From: Bryobacterales bacterium
GTDB taxonomy: Bacteria > Acidobacteriota > Terriglobia > Bryobacterales > UBA6623
NCBI GenBank assembly: GCA_965205085.1
Contig: OZ242039.1
Location: forward strand, 4,118,156 to 4,182,155
Reading direction: 5' to 3'
Length of the DNA stretch: 64,000 bases
Shown here: piece by piece, positions 29,298-40,048 of the stretch
How the letters are laid out: every line of letters begins with the position of its first letter
Numbering within the stretch: the stretch's first letter is position 1
Notes under the pieces: generated by a model
Told to the model about the DNA's origin: nothing
The model's database searches: none
Seen by the model: only the letters and a program-made list of their open reading frames with translations
Made by a program: the position numbers and the translations under genes

Positions 29298-31553
29298 CTA
29301 GGCCAGCGTGAACCGTTCCGGTTCCAGCGATGCGTCGGAACGCAAGTTCACTCGGCAGCCGAGGAGGGCTTCCAGTTCGTCCAGCTGCGAACTGTGGCCT
29401 CTCTTGAGTGACCTTCCGATCACCGGATGGATCCGCAGTGTCATGCCCTTGCCCCTGTTGGAGTTTCGCTTGGCGGCCATGCGCCCAGCCGTATCGAAGA
29501 TCTCTGACAGGACGGTGGCGGTCGACTTGACCTTGCCGCTGCCGGAACAGCACGGACATGGCATGTGGAGAGCCCGCTCCAGGGACTTGCGGGCCGTCTT
29601 CCTGGTCATCACGACGAGCCCGAAGTCATTGAATGGCAACAGACGTGTCGGGGACCGGGAGTTCCTGAACGCCTCCTGCAGGATCTGGAACACGTTTTGG
29701 CGATTCTTGCGGTCTTCCATGTCGATGAAGTCGATGACGATGATCCCGCCCAGATCGCGCAGACGGACTTGCCGGATGATCTCCTCTGCCGCTTCGAGGT
29801 TCGTCTTCAGCACCGTATCCTCGAACCGGTTGGACTTGCCAACGTATCGGCCGGTATTTACGTCGATCGACACCAGGGCCTCGGTCTGCTCGATCACGAT
29901 ATAGCCGCCCGACTTGAGCCACACCTTTGGCCTGAGCGCCTTGTCGAGATCTTTCTTGACTCCGAACGACTCATGGATGGGCTTGGACTGGGTATACAGC
30001 TTGACGCGGTCTGCCAGCTCGGGTTGGTGGCGCTTGACGAAACGAACAATCCTCTCGTGCTCGGATTCCGAATCGACCCAGATGGAATCGAACGATCGAC
30101 CGAGATTGTCTCGCAGAAAGCGCTCGGCGACATCCAGGTCGGAGTGCAGCCTGGCAGGCGCCTTGCGCCTGTCCGCCTTGGCCTTCAGGTCGCTCCACTG
30201 CTGGTAGAGCAACTCCATGTCGGCGACCAGCAGTTCCTCGCTCACTCCGCTGCCGGCGGTGCGGACTACGAAGCCGCCGTCCTTTTCCTCCGAGTGTTTG
30301 TCCACGATCTTGCGAAGGCGAGTCCGCTCCGAATCCGGGCTGATGGACCTTGCGACACCGTTGTGCTTGGCCGTCGTCATGTAGACCATATACTGGCCCG
30401 GAAACGTTACGTGGGAGGTAACTCGGACACCCTTGGTGCCGACCGGCTCCTTGGTGACCTGCACGACCAGTTCCTGGTCGACCTGCAGCAAGTCGTCGAT
30501 GTTCGCCTGCGGAGAAGTCTGTCGGGTGCGCTCGGGTCTCTCTGAGTGTCGGGACGAAGTCCTGGGGCGTGGACTCGATCCCCGGCTCTGGGGCCGCGCC
30601 CGGCGTGCCGACCGGCTCCGCGCGGGCTTGGCTGGCGCGCTTGGCACCGGGCCGGGCCGGGCCGGCCTCCCCCCGCGAGACCTCGATGGCCGGCGCCGGG
30701 AGGCGCGCTTCGGTTCGGGCTCAGGAGCGGGAACAGCCTCGGGCTTGGTCGACTTGACCAGCTTGCGCTTCAGCCAATCGACGGCATTCAGCCGGAACTC
30801 GGCGACGGTGGGCGGAGCGTCGACGGAGGCGCTGAGACGCGGTGGACTCCCCTCCGTCACTGCCGCCTTCGGATCGCCGCCTCCGGTCGATGGGCCGGCT
30901 GTCTCGTGACCCGCGGGGCTTGCCGGTTCGGAATCCGAACCCGAGCCACTGGCTGGCTCCACGCTGCTCACGGGATCTGCGTTGTCGGCCGCACCACCAC
31001 CGCGGTACTTGGCGATCGATTCCCCCGGGAGCACCGCCTTGCGGGGGGGGCCACTGGCCGGCTGGGGTTCGTCGGCCGGGCCGGAACCGCTTCCGGCGTC
31101 CGCCGCATCGTCATCCCTCGCCGGCCGCCGGCGACGCCTGGACCGGCGGCGCGGTCGTCGAGCGGAGTCGCCGGCCGCCTCTTCGGACCGCAGCGCGGGA
31201 TCCGACGTGTCCTCGGAATCCGGCTCGGGGCGGTCGGCACTGTCGGGCTCCTCGTCGCGCGGATCCGGCATCGCCGAATCCGAAGGGATCAGCCTGGCAT
31301 CGGGATCTTCCTCGATGTCATCACCCGGATCCAGCACGTCCGAGACATGCAGAAACGCGTCGCGCTTGAGGCCGAGATTCACAAACGCCGATTGCATCCC
31401 CGACAGGACGCGGGTTACGCGACCCTTGAAGATGCTGCCGCCCAGCGCTTTCTGGGCGTGTTGCTCAATACAGATTTCGACGAGGCGACCGTCCTCTACG
31501 ATCGCCACGGTCGTTTCGATTGCATTCGATGATATGACCAGTTCCTGAGACAT
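29298..31553 (-). CDS. Rne/Rng family ribonuclease with a large disordered insertion in S1
   Basis: IFKGRVTRVLSGMQSAFV, VQVTKEPVGTKG, EALVSIDVNTG, RLRDLGGIIVIDFIDM, CPCCxGSG. Confidence 0.93.
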   Translation of the reverse strand: MSQELVISSNAIETTVAIVEDGRLVEICIEQHAQKALGGSIFKGRVTRVLSGMQSAFVNLGLKRDAFLHVSDVLDPGDDIEEDPDARLIPSDSAMPDPRDEEPDSADRPEPDSEDTSDPALRSEEAAGDSARRPRRRSRRRRRPARDDDAADAGSGSGPADEPQPASGPPRKAVLPGESIAKYRGGGAADNADPVSSVEPASGSGSDSEPASPAGHETAGPSTGGGDPKAAVTEGSPPRLSASVDAPPTVAEFRLNAVDWLKRKLVKSTKPEAVPAPEPEPKRASRRRPSRSRGGRPARPGPVPSAPAKPARSRSARRARPQSRGSSPRPRTSSRHSERPERTRQTSPQANIDDLLQVDQELVVQVTKEPVGTKGVRVTSHVTFPGQYMVYMTTAKHNGVARSISPDSERTRLRKIVDKHSEEKDGGFVVRTAGSGVSEELLVADMELLYQQWSDLKAKADRRKAPARLHSDLDVAERFLRDNLGRSFDSIWVDSESEHERIVRFVKRHQPELADRVKLYTQSKPIHESFGVKKDLDKALRPKVWLKSGGYIVIEQTEALVSIDVNTGRYVGKSNRFEDTVLKTNLEAAEEIIRQVRLRDLGGIIVIDFIDMEDRKNRQNVFQILQEAFRNSRSPTRLLPFNDFGLVVMTRKTARKSLERALHMPCPCCSGSGKVKSTATVLSEIFDTAGRMAAKRNSNRGKGMTLRIHPVIGRSLKRGHSSQLDELEALLGCRVNLRSDASLEPERFTLA

Positions 31554-31838
31554 GGGATTTCCCGGGGAACGTCGACTTGAGGCCGAGAGCAGATCTGAAT
31601 CGTATCCACGTTCTGGAGTTCATACGCTTACCGTGCCGGTTGACGCTGCGCGTCAAGCCCGGCTGGACAACTCACGACGGTTGGAATGGCATCGCCGGCG
31701 ACCGGCGGAGCGCCTCGCGTCATGCGGGGCTCGTACGCTGGCATCGGTCCGTGCTTGTATGCCACAGGTCGAATTCGTTCCCGTCTACCCTTTCTTTCCT
31801 TGCTGCCGGCATCGCTGCCCAAGCCGGCAAGTGTGAAA

Positions 31839-32942
31839 TCAGTTGACGAACCGGCGGATCCGCACACTGTTGACCAGGCCAAGCATGGCCAGGACCGTCA
31901 GCATGCTGGATCCCCCGTAACTCATCAAAGGCAACGGCAGGCCGGTGACAGGCAGCTTGTTTGCCACCATCCCGACGTTAACTACGATGTGAAACAGCAG
32001 GAGGGTTGCGACGCCCATGGCGATCAACCTCCCCTCTGCGTCGGCCGCGGAGCGGCCTGTCCTAACGATACGCATCAGCAGGGCATAGTAGAGCGCCAGG
32101 ACCAAGGCTACCCCGATAAAGCCTCTCTCCTCGGCGAATGCCGCCAGGATGAAGTCGGTGTGCGGAGTGGGCAGAAAGCGCAACTGGGTCTGCGAGCCCT
32201 GCACGAAGCCCTGACCCCACATGCCACCGGATCCCACCGCGATCATGGATTGCACGATCTGGTAACCGGTATCCCGTGGCGCATCGTCGGGATTCAGGAA
32301 TCCGGTGATTCGCCCCTTCTGGTACGGCTTGAGCAGTGACCATCCGACAGGCAAGCACAGGATCATTACCAGACAGGTCGCCACCATATGCTCCCGGCGA
32401 ACCTTGGAGAGATACAGCGCCATGATCCAGAGCGGGGCCATGCTCAGGGCCGTACCCAGATCAGGCTGTCGGATGACCAAGATGAACGGTACAGAAAACA
32501 GGGCCCCTACGGCTGCAAAGTTCCGAAGGCTCAGCGACCTCGTCGCGTACTTTCCACAGTACTTCGCTAGTACCAAGAGTAACACCACCTTCATGAACTC
32601 GGATACCTGAAGCGAAAACCCGAACGGTGTCGGCAACCAGCGGCGCGAACCGTTGATGGGATCCGTCAGCACGAGCACGGCCACAAGGCCGAGAGTCCCG
32701 AGCCACCACAGGATCGGAGCTACGACCAGACCGTCTCGGTAGTCCACGTTGGAAAGGACGAGGAACGCGGCGAAACCCAGAGCAAGCCACAGGAGGTGGT
32801 CGGAAAAGGCACCCTGGAAACGGGTGTTCAGCGTGGCGCTGTAGATCTGCAGGGTACCCAGGAGACAGATTGCGGCCACTGTAAAGCACATGGGCCAGTC
32901 GAAGTCGTTGAACCACCATCTCCGTTGGGACGACAGGATCAC
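31839..32942 (-). CDS. rodA: Rod shape-determining protein RodA
   Basis: QPDLGT, QSMIAVGSGG, PHTDFI, GLPLPLMSYGGSS. Confidence 0.95.
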   Translation of the reverse strand: MILSSQRRWWFNDFDWPMCFTVAAICLLGTLQIYSATLNTRFQGAFSDHLLWLALGFAAFLVLSNVDYRDGLVVAPILWWLGTLGLVAVLVLTDPINGSRRWLPTPFGFSLQVSEFMKVVLLLVLAKYCGKYATRSLSLRNFAAVGALFSVPFILVIRQPDLGTALSMAPLWIMALYLSKVRREHMVATCLVMILCLPVGWSLLKPYQKGRITGFLNPDDAPRDTGYQIVQSMIAVGSGGMWGQGFVQGSQTQLRFLPTPHTDFILAAFAEERGFIGVALVLALYYALLMRIVRTGRSAADAEGRLIAMGVATLLLFHIVVNVGMVANKLPVTGLPLPLMSYGGSSMLTVLAMLGLVNSVRIRRFVN

Positions 32943-34792
32943 GGCAGGAGCCCTCCCGGCCTGGACGACGCAAGGGTTCTCTCGGCTTCAGCCGGGAAAC
33001 TCATCCTGCTGGTGGCCAGCCATGCCTGCAGGATGTCGCGAACGAGCGCCGCAGCATAATAGCTGTGCTTGCCGTTTTCCAGAAGGGCAGCCACCACGAT
33101 CTCGGGACTCTGGCAAGGCGCGAAACCGACGAACCATGCGTCGTCCTCGAAGTCTTCCCGTCCGGCCTTCAACCGCAGTGCATTCGAGACCCGTTGCGAG
33201 GTTCCGGTCTTTCCGCACACCTCAATGCCAGCCAGCCGCGCCTGCCCTCCCGTACCCCCGTTGTTCACAACGTCCCACATGGCCTGCCGGAGGACATCCA
33301 GGTGTTCCGCCGCGATCCTGACGGTTCTTGGCGGACTCGGGCGGCTCTGTGGGTCGATCAGAACCCGTTGCTGGTGGGAAACCAAGTGCGGGCGGTGCCA
33401 CACGCCTCCCATTGCCAGTCCCGCAATGGAGTGGGCGGCCTGTATCGGGGTGACGGACATCGCGCCCTGACCGATCGCCACAACGATCGTTTCGCCCGGG
33501 TGCCATGGCTGGAGGGTTTGGCGCACCTTCCAGGCGACGGACGGTACAAAGCCGGGCACCTCGTCCGGAACGTCGATCAGGGTCAGGGTACCCAGACCGG
33601 CCGTTCGGGCGTAGCGTCCGAGCGTGTTGATCCCCAGCTGGTGGCCCAGTTTGTAGAAGAAGACATCGCACGAGACGGCGATGGCACGACGGAGATCGAC
33701 CATGCCGTGGCCGCCGCGCTTGTGGCAGCGGAAGTAGTGGCCGCCGAACGACATTCCGCCCGGACAGTTCACACGGAAATCGGGTCCCGCAACGCCGGAT
33801 TCCAATCCGGCAAGGCCGTGAATGGGCTTGAAGACGGAGCCCATGGCGAAGGTTCCCTGAATCGCGCGGTTGAGCAGCGGGGTTTGCGGATCCGAGTTCA
33901 GCGCCAGCCACTCCTCCGTCGTGAATCCGGTCACGAACTTGTTCGGGTCGAAGACCGGGGCACTGGCCATGACCAGGATCTCGCCGTTCCGGGGATCGAG
34001 GGCCACAACCGCACCCTTGCGCCCCTCCAGTCCGAGTTCCGCTACCGTTTGCAGTTCCAGATCGAGCGTGAGATACAGGTTGTTGCCAGGGACCGATTCT
34101 ACGAGGCCGACTGTGGCCAACTCACGGCCCGTCGTGTCCACCAGGAATTGCAGGCTGCCATCCTTCCCGGTCAGCCAGCGGTCATATTGCCGCTCGATGC
34201 CGCTCTTGCCGATCTGGGATCCGAAGCTGTGAAAGAGATACTCCCGCCGGTTGAGCTCGGTCTCGCTGATCTCACCAACGTACCCGAGCGCATGGACCCC
34301 TACGGCTGATTCGGGATACTGCCTCCGCATGTCGTCCACAAGGTCGATTTCCGGGAGTTCGCTCCGATGAGCCTGGAGGAAGGACAGATCGGCGGTCGAG
34401 AGATTATCCTTCAAGACGACGGTTTGGGCCCCGCCGAATCCACGGGCATTGCTCAGGCGCCGGCGGAGGCGGTCGCCATCGAGCTCCAAGCCTTCCGCAA
34501 TGGCGGGCAGGTGCCGCTGTGCGGCCATCTCCGGATCGATCAATGCGGACAGGGAGAAGCGGCTCTGGGCCAAGACTCGGCCATGACGGTCGAGAATGTT
34601 GCCGCGAGGGGCCGTGACAGGAAGCACCTTGATCCGGTTGAGTTCTGCCCGCTCCCTGTAATGCTCGGTGTTGACGACCTGAATCTCCCAAAACGAGAGC
34701 AGCAGCAGGGCAAAGACGGCTGTCGCCGCTATCTCGAAGATACGGATGCGTCTCTCGAACGACCAACGCTGTGCACCGCTAATCCGGGTCAT
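32939..34792 (-). CDS. mrdA: Penicillin-binding protein 2
   Basis: APRGNILDR, GKSGIE, GSVFK (SxxK), SCD, KTGT. Confidence 0.95.
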   Translation of the reverse strand: MTRISGAQRWSFERRIRIFEIAATAVFALLLLSFWEIQVVNTEHYRERAELNRIKVLPVTAPRGNILDRHGRVLAQSRFSLSALIDPEMAAQRHLPAIAEGLELDGDRLRRRLSNARGFGGAQTVVLKDNLSTADLSFLQAHRSELPEIDLVDDMRRQYPESAVGVHALGYVGEISETELNRREYLFHSFGSQIGKSGIERQYDRWLTGKDGSLQFLVDTTGRELATVGLVESVPGNNLYLTLDLELQTVAELGLEGRKGAVVALDPRNGEILVMASAPVFDPNKFVTGFTTEEWLALNSDPQTPLLNRAIQGTFAMGSVFKPIHGLAGLESGVAGPDFRVNCPGGMSFGGHYFRCHKRGGHGMVDLRRAIAVSCDVFFYKLGHQLGINTLGRYARTAGLGTLTLIDVPDEVPGFVPSVAWKVRQTLQPWHPGETIVVAIGQGAMSVTPIQAAHSIAGLAMGGVWHRPHLVSHQQRVLIDPQSRPSPPRTVRIAAEHLDVLRQAMWDVVNNGGTGGQARLAGIEVCGKTGTSQRVSNALRLKAGREDFEDDAWFVGFAPCQSPEIVVAALLENGKHSYYAAALVRDILQAWLATSRMSFPAEAERTLASSRPGGLLP

Positions 34793-35315
34793 AGGCTGCC
34801 TGCTTCGGAAGAAAGGGATAAATCGCCAGCGCCAGACCCGCATGCAGGATCGAGAGGGCCACCCAAAACAGGGGCTCGGACGCAACCGCTTGATCCATCA
34901 GGTATTTCCGGATCATGAAGAGGAGGACCTCGTGGACCAGGTAGGCCGATCCCACGAACGCGGCGAGTACCGCGATCAGGTTCAGCCTCAGCAACTGATT
35001 GGCCAGCACGGAAACGTAGCCCAGCGCGGTGTAGACCAGGCCGAACAGGCCGAGCGGCCCATGGGTGAGCCCATCCTGCGCCCAGCCGACGAGCATGCCG
35101 GTGAACATCGCGGCAACCACCGAGTTGGATTCGATCATCACGTGGAGGGCGGCCAGCAGCGGGAGATTCAACAGCGCTACGGGAGACCAGAGTGTCGGGA
35201 TCGTGGTCTGCAGCAGCAGGGCCGCGGCGGGTAGCGCGACGCGGGTGGCGAGAGGCAACCCTCGCCGATTGCGGAATGCCGCTGGATTCGGGAATACGGC
35301 AGCGAGTCCAATCAT
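34779..35315 (-). CDS. mreD: Rod shape-determining protein MreD
   Basis: Hydrophobic protein with GWAQD..PLG motif; lies between mreC and mrdA. Confidence 0.85.
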   Translation of the reverse strand: MIGLAAVFPNPAAFRNRRGLPLATRVALPAAALLLQTTIPTLWSPVALLNLPLLAALHVMIESNSVVAAMFTGMLVGWAQDGLTHGPLGLFGLVYTALGYVSVLANQLLRLNLIAVLAAFVGSAYLVHEVLLFMIRKYLMDQAVASEPLFWVALSILHAGLALAIYPFLPKQAAYDPD

Positions 35316-36382
35316 TCCGCACCCTCCACCCCAGCGGACGGGGTCGATCCTGACGTTCGCAGCGACCGGGCGGCATCGCCGAAGTCGGGGGGGCCGGAAG
35401 CACTGAGTGAGCCGACCCTCCGCGCCTGCGACTCGAGAGTGCTCCTGTAGACTTGCTTGATCAAGTCGGCCTGGGTGGGGGAGGACTGGCTGGGTTCTGT
35501 CCCCACTCCCCCCGGACCGCTTCGGAGGGAAGCGCTGAGAGCCTGCTGGACTTCCCCCGGGATGGCTTCATGGCCGGGTGCGAGCACCAGCAGCACTGCT
35601 TGCAAGTTCTGGAGACGGGCAAAGGGACGGACACGGATCACCTGGGCCTCTACACGTTGCGAAACGGAACTGACCCGACCCACCGGCAGGCCGCGCGGAA
35701 AAATGCCGTCCAGACCGGATGTGTAGACGAACTCGCCCACGGAAACCGGTACGTGAGGCCCCAGGTAGTCGATGCGACAGTCCCATCCGCCCGTGCCGCG
35801 CAGCACGCCCGCCTCACCGCTTCGCGCGAGCAGGACGCCCGCCCCGGCTTCGGAGTCGCTGATCAACAGGACCATGCTGGAGCGGCCATGGACGACCGTG
35901 GTCTTGCCGATGATGCCTTCGGGGGTGGTCACAGCCATTCCCGGCCGGACACCGTGGTCCACACCCCGGTTCAGGACGATCTCTTTCGCAACGCGGCTGG
36001 CCCCCAGCCCGATCACTTCGGCCTGCAGGGTCTCCGAAGCGAGCTGGACGCGGAAAGCTTCCAAGTCCTCCAAGCTCCGAAGTCGCAGCAAGTCCTGCCG
36101 CAAGAAGTGGTTCTCCATCTGCAGCCTGGATATCCGCGCCTCGAGATCCCGGTTCTTCTCGCCGGTTCGGACCGTCCAGAGGTAGCCATCCACGATGCTG
36201 CTTGCAGATCCCAACAAGGTCTGGACACCGTGCTGCAGCGGATGGAGCATCAGGCCCGTCCAATACCGCAAGCGCGACTGGTTTCCCCCTTCCCGCACCT
36301 GGTGCCCGATCATCAGGATCTGCCCGAACACCAACACTCCCAGCACGACACCCCTGAGCCTGCCCTGAATCCACTGCGTCAC
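35312..36382 (-). CDS. mreC: Rod shape-determining protein MreC
   Basis: N-terminal TM and coiled coil; GMAVTTPEGIIG, TSGLDGIFPRGLPVG. Confidence 0.93.
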   Translation of the reverse strand: MTQWIQGRLRGVVLGVLVFGQILMIGHQVREGGNQSRLRYWTGLMLHPLQHGVQTLLGSASSIVDGYLWTVRTGEKNRDLEARISRLQMENHFLRQDLLRLRSLEDLEAFRVQLASETLQAEVIGLGASRVAKEIVLNRGVDHGVRPGMAVTTPEGIIGKTTVVHGRSSMVLLISDSEAGAGVLLARSGEAGVLRGTGGWDCRIDYLGPHVPVSVGEFVYTSGLDGIFPRGLPVGRVSSVSQRVEAQVIRVRPFARLQNLQAVLLVLAPGHEAIPGEVQQALSASLRSGPGGVGTEPSQSSPTQADLIKQVYRSTLESQARRVGSLSASGPPDFGDAARSLRTSGSTPSAGVEGAE

Positions 36383-36404
36383 TTTGACCTCGACAGCCCA
36401 CCGA

Positions 36405-37430
36405 TCACCCCGGGGTTGCCACGCGCCTCATCATGTCGATATCCTCGAGAATCTTCCCGGTGCCCAGAACCACGCATTGCAGTGGATTCTCGGCGATCGA
36501 AACGGGGACACCCGTATCCTCGCGAATGCGCTTGTCGAGGTTGCGAAGGAACGCGCCACCTCCTGTCAAGACGATTCCCCGTTCGCAGATATCGCCGCTG
36601 AGTTCGGGGGGCGTCTCCTCAAGCGTCTCGCGGATCGCGATCAGAATACGGTCGACCGTGGACGAGATCGCTTCTGTGACCTCTTGGTCCGTGACCGTCA
36701 TGGCGTCCGGAACGCCCCTGATCAGATTCCGCCCCCGGACCTCCAAGCTCAGCGGCTCGTCCAGCGGGCTTGCCGACGCGATCTCGATCTTGATCCGCTC
36801 CGCCGTGCGTTCTCCAATCAGGAAATTGTGTTTTCGCTTCAGGTATTGGACGATCGAATCGTCCAGGGCGTTGCCGGCGGCGCTCACGGATCTGGCCGTC
36901 ACGATACCCGAGAGTGAGATCACGGCTATGTCGGTCGTTCCACCTCCGATGTCGACAACCATGTTCCCAGTCGGTTGAGAGACCGGCAGGCCCGCACCGA
37001 TCGCCGCCATCATGGCTTGCTCTACCAGGTGGACCTCGCTGGCATTGGCCCGCATCGCCGAGTCCATGACGGCCCTTCGCTCGACCAGCGTGATCTGGCT
37101 GGGGACGCCGATGACGATCCGCGGATGCAGCAGCAGCTTGCGGTTGTGTGCCTTTGCGATGAAGTGGGTCAACATCCGCTCGGCGACCTTGAAATCGGCG
37201 ATGACCCCGTCCTTCATCGGACGGATCGCGGTGATGCTGCTGGCGGTGCGTCCGATCATGTGCTTGGCGTCCACGCCGATGGCTTCCAGTGCGCCCGTGA
37301 CGGTGTTGACCGCCACGATCGAGGGCTCGTCGATGACGACTCCCTGCTGGGCGACATACACAAGCGTGTTGGCGGTGCCCAGGTCGATCGCCAGAGCGTG
37401 TGAAAAGAGCGATAGGACTGAACGGAACAT
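36405..37430 (-). CDS. mreB: Rod shape-determining protein MreB
   Basis: IDLGTANT, RPMKDGVIADF, DIGGGTT, LTGGGA. Confidence 0.97.
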   Translation of the reverse strand: MFRSVLSLFSHALAIDLGTANTLVYVAQQGVVIDEPSIVAVNTVTGALEAIGVDAKHMIGRTASSITAIRPMKDGVIADFKVAERMLTHFIAKAHNRKLLLHPRIVIGVPSQITLVERRAVMDSAMRANASEVHLVEQAMMAAIGAGLPVSQPTGNMVVDIGGGTTDIAVISLSGIVTARSVSAAGNALDDSIVQYLKRKHNFLIGERTAERIKIEIASASPLDEPLSLEVRGRNLIRGVPDAMTVTDQEVTEAISSTVDRILIAIRETLEETPPELSGDICERGIVLTGGGAFLRNLDKRIREDTGVPVSIAENPLQCVVLGTGKILEDIDMMRRVATPG

Positions 37431-37743
37431 TCGATGTTAATCCTTAATTGGGCCTCGCCGGAACGTGCTCGCCCCTCGTGACTTGCCGGACGCCGAAGGG
37501 GCTATCGACGGTCCCGAGCTAAGCGGGGCGACCCCCCTCGCCGGTCGGTGGAGACAACAGGTACGAATCGCAATGTGCTGGCAAGAACAGTTTAACCCAA
37601 TACCGGTTTCTCGCTCGAACGGAACGATCTCGACAATCAGGCAGCACGACGCGACGGTGCCCCGCTTGAACTCGCCGCTCGCATCTGCCTACACTCGGTG
37701 ACTGGCGGGCGTCGCCGCGGCGCGCTCGAGGAGGCATCGATAT

Positions 37744-38889
37744 ATGGACAAGATTCGCGTAGCGGTCATCGGCACAGGATTCGTCGGCCGCGTGCATGTG
37801 GAGAACGTACGGCGTCAGACGGACGCCGAACTGGTGGCCATTGCAGATCAGAATGCGGCGTTGGCGCGGCAGTTCGGACAGGCCCTGGGAATCGAGCGAG
37901 CTGTAGGGGACTACCACGAACTGCTGGACGATCCCTCGATCGATGCCGTGCATGTGTGTACCCCCAACCATACCCACCTCCCCATTGCCCGCGATGCCAT
38001 CGCGGCGGGAAAGCACGTGATCTGCGAGAAGCCGCTGGCATTGTCCGTGGCGGAAGCGCAATCCCTTCTGGAGCAGGCGAGGGCTCGGGGAGTCGTCCAC
38101 GCGACGAGCTACAACCTCAGGTTCTACCCGCATGTTGCCCAGATGCGGCGCATGATCGCCTGTGGCGACATCGGCGACGTCCTCGCCGTCCAGGGAAGCT
38201 ACGTTCAGGATTGGCTGTTCTATGACACGGACTACAACTGGCGGATCGAGCCGGAGGTGGGGGGTGCCTCGCGGGCGATGGCCGACATTGGTTCGCACTG
38301 GTGCGATCTCGTCGAGCATGTCACCGGACAGCGAATTCGGGCCGTTTGCGCCGACTTGGCCACGTTCCATCCGGTCCGCAGGAAGCCGCGCAGGCCGATC
38401 GAAACGTACGCCGGCAAGATGCTGGCTCCCGATGACTACGAGGACCGGCCCATCACGACGGAGGACTACGGCGGACTGCTACTGCGATTCGATGGCGGCG
38501 CTCGGGGCGTTCTTGCCATCAACCAGGTTGCCGCGGGGCGAAAGAACCGGCTGCAGGTCGAAGTCTATGGCACCCGTCGGGGCCTGACATGGGACGGCGA
38601 GCGGCCCAACGAACTCTGGATCGGTCGTCGGGACGGCAACAACGAGTTGATGGTCAAGGATCCGGCGCTGCTGGAAGCCGAGGCCAGACTCATTGCGGAC
38701 CTCCCGGGTGGTCATGCAGAAGGCTATGCGGACACTTTCAAGCAGTTCTTTCGCCGGTTCTATGCGGCGTGCCGTGACCAATCGGCAGCGGGTGCCCTGC
38801 CGGGATTCGAAGCCGGACTGCGACAGCTTCGCCTCGTGGAAGCCACGCTCCGCAGCCATTCCGACGGAGCCTGGGTCGAGATCGATTGA
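37744..38889 (+). CDS. Gfo/Idh/MocA family oxidoreductase
   Basis: VIGTGFVG, CTPNHTH, CEKPLA, DIGSHW; GAGGAGG RBS. Confidence 0.92.
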   Translation: MDKIRVAVIGTGFVGRVHVENVRRQTDAELVAIADQNAALARQFGQALGIERAVGDYHELLDDPSIDAVHVCTPNHTHLPIARDAIAAGKHVICEKPLALSVAEAQSLLEQARARGVVHATSYNLRFYPHVAQMRRMIACGDIGDVLAVQGSYVQDWLFYDTDYNWRIEPEVGGASRAMADIGSHWCDLVEHVTGQRIRAVCADLATFHPVRRKPRRPIETYAGKMLAPDDYEDRPITTEDYGGLLLRFDGGARGVLAINQVAAGRKNRLQVEVYGTRRGLTWDGERPNELWIGRRDGNNELMVKDPALLEAEARLIADLPGGHAEGYADTFKQFFRRFYAACRDQSAAGALPGFEAGLRQLRLVEATLRSHSDGAWVEID

Positions 38890-39189
38890 CCGCACGGCGC
38901 TTGGCCCGGGGCCTCTTCATCTCCGGTGGCCCCCCGGACGGCCAGTCAGGCGGGAAGAGATGCGGAGGGCGGGAGCAGCGAGCCGGGCCGGCTCGGACCG
39001 AACCGCTCCGGGCCCGTCAGGAAGTGCGGAACCGCACATCTTCTGTCGCATCGTCCGGACTTGATCCCCGTCCGGTGGCCTTGCCGGTTCCCTCCGTTCC
39101 TCGGCGCGCAACGGTGCGCATTGCCGAGCGTTGACCTTGTCTGACTGCCGTCCAGCGACGCTCCGGTGCGAGCCACTACAATGACAACG

Positions 39190-40041
39190 ATGAAGAATGT
39201 GCAGCCCTTGCAGGTGGGCCTGATGTTCTGGACCGGAGGAGACCTGGGAGTCGAGGCTCCCCCCGACGAGATTGTTGACTCGGTCTGCTCATTGGGAGTG
39301 AGTTGTGGCCAGTTGGGGGTGCACGGGGCAGCCCGGCTGACGAATTCCTACGCTGCGGAGTGGAAGGGGGCCCTGGCGCGGAGTCAGATGCAGGTGGTCA
39401 CCGCTTTCACCGGTTTTCAGGGCGAGAGCTATGCCTCGATTCCAGTCTGCTCCCAGACGGTCGGATTCGTGCCCGCGACCGACCGACACCAGCGCGAATT
39501 GAGATCCTTCGAGGTTTCCGACTTTGCGCGAGAACTCGGCATCCCGGGCTTGGCTACGCATATCGGATGTCTGCCCGCAGACCGGGAGCACCCGGACTAC
39601 GTGGCCGTGCTCGAACTCGTGAGGAGAGTCTGCGAGCGTTGCGAAGCGAACGGCCAGACGTTCGCCCTCGAGACCGGTCAGGAGCCGGCCGCCGAGTTGC
39701 TCGATTTCCTGCGAGCGGTTGACCGACCGAACCTTGGAATCAATTTCGACCCTGCCAACATGATCCTCTACGGGTCGGGTGAGCCGCTTGAGGCCCTGGA
39801 CGCAGTGAAGGACCACCTGATCACCGTGCACTGCAAGGACGGCACCTGGCCGGAAACACCAGGGGAGTGGGGGCGGGAGACGCCACTGGGTGACGGAGAC
39901 GTTGGGATGGACCGGTACGTCGAGGCGCTGAAGGCCCTGGGATACAAGGGACCGCTGATCATCGAACGAGAGATTGTCGGCGAGGAGCAGCGGGCTGACA
40001 TTCGGCGGGCGATCGCGCTCCTGAACGGCCTGCGCGATTAG
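39190..40041 (+). CDS. Sugar-phosphate isomerase/epimerase (AP_endonuc_2 TIM barrel)
   Basis: ALETGQE, INFDPANMILYG, HCKDG, GDGDV, IIERE. Confidence 0.9.
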   Translation: MKNVQPLQVGLMFWTGGDLGVEAPPDEIVDSVCSLGVSCGQLGVHGAARLTNSYAAEWKGALARSQMQVVTAFTGFQGESYASIPVCSQTVGFVPATDRHQRELRSFEVSDFARELGIPGLATHIGCLPADREHPDYVAVLELVRRVCERCEANGQTFALETGQEPAAELLDFLRAVDRPNLGINFDPANMILYGSGEPLEALDAVKDHLITVHCKDGTWPETPGEWGRETPLGDGDVGMDRYVEALKALGYKGPLIIEREIVGEEQRADIRRAIALLNGLRD

Positions 40042-40048
40042 GGGCCGG

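Noticed and set aside
31554-31838. Structured regulatory 5' UTR of rne/rng
   Set aside because: Plausible by analogy, but no convincing structure or known motif could be identified by eye.
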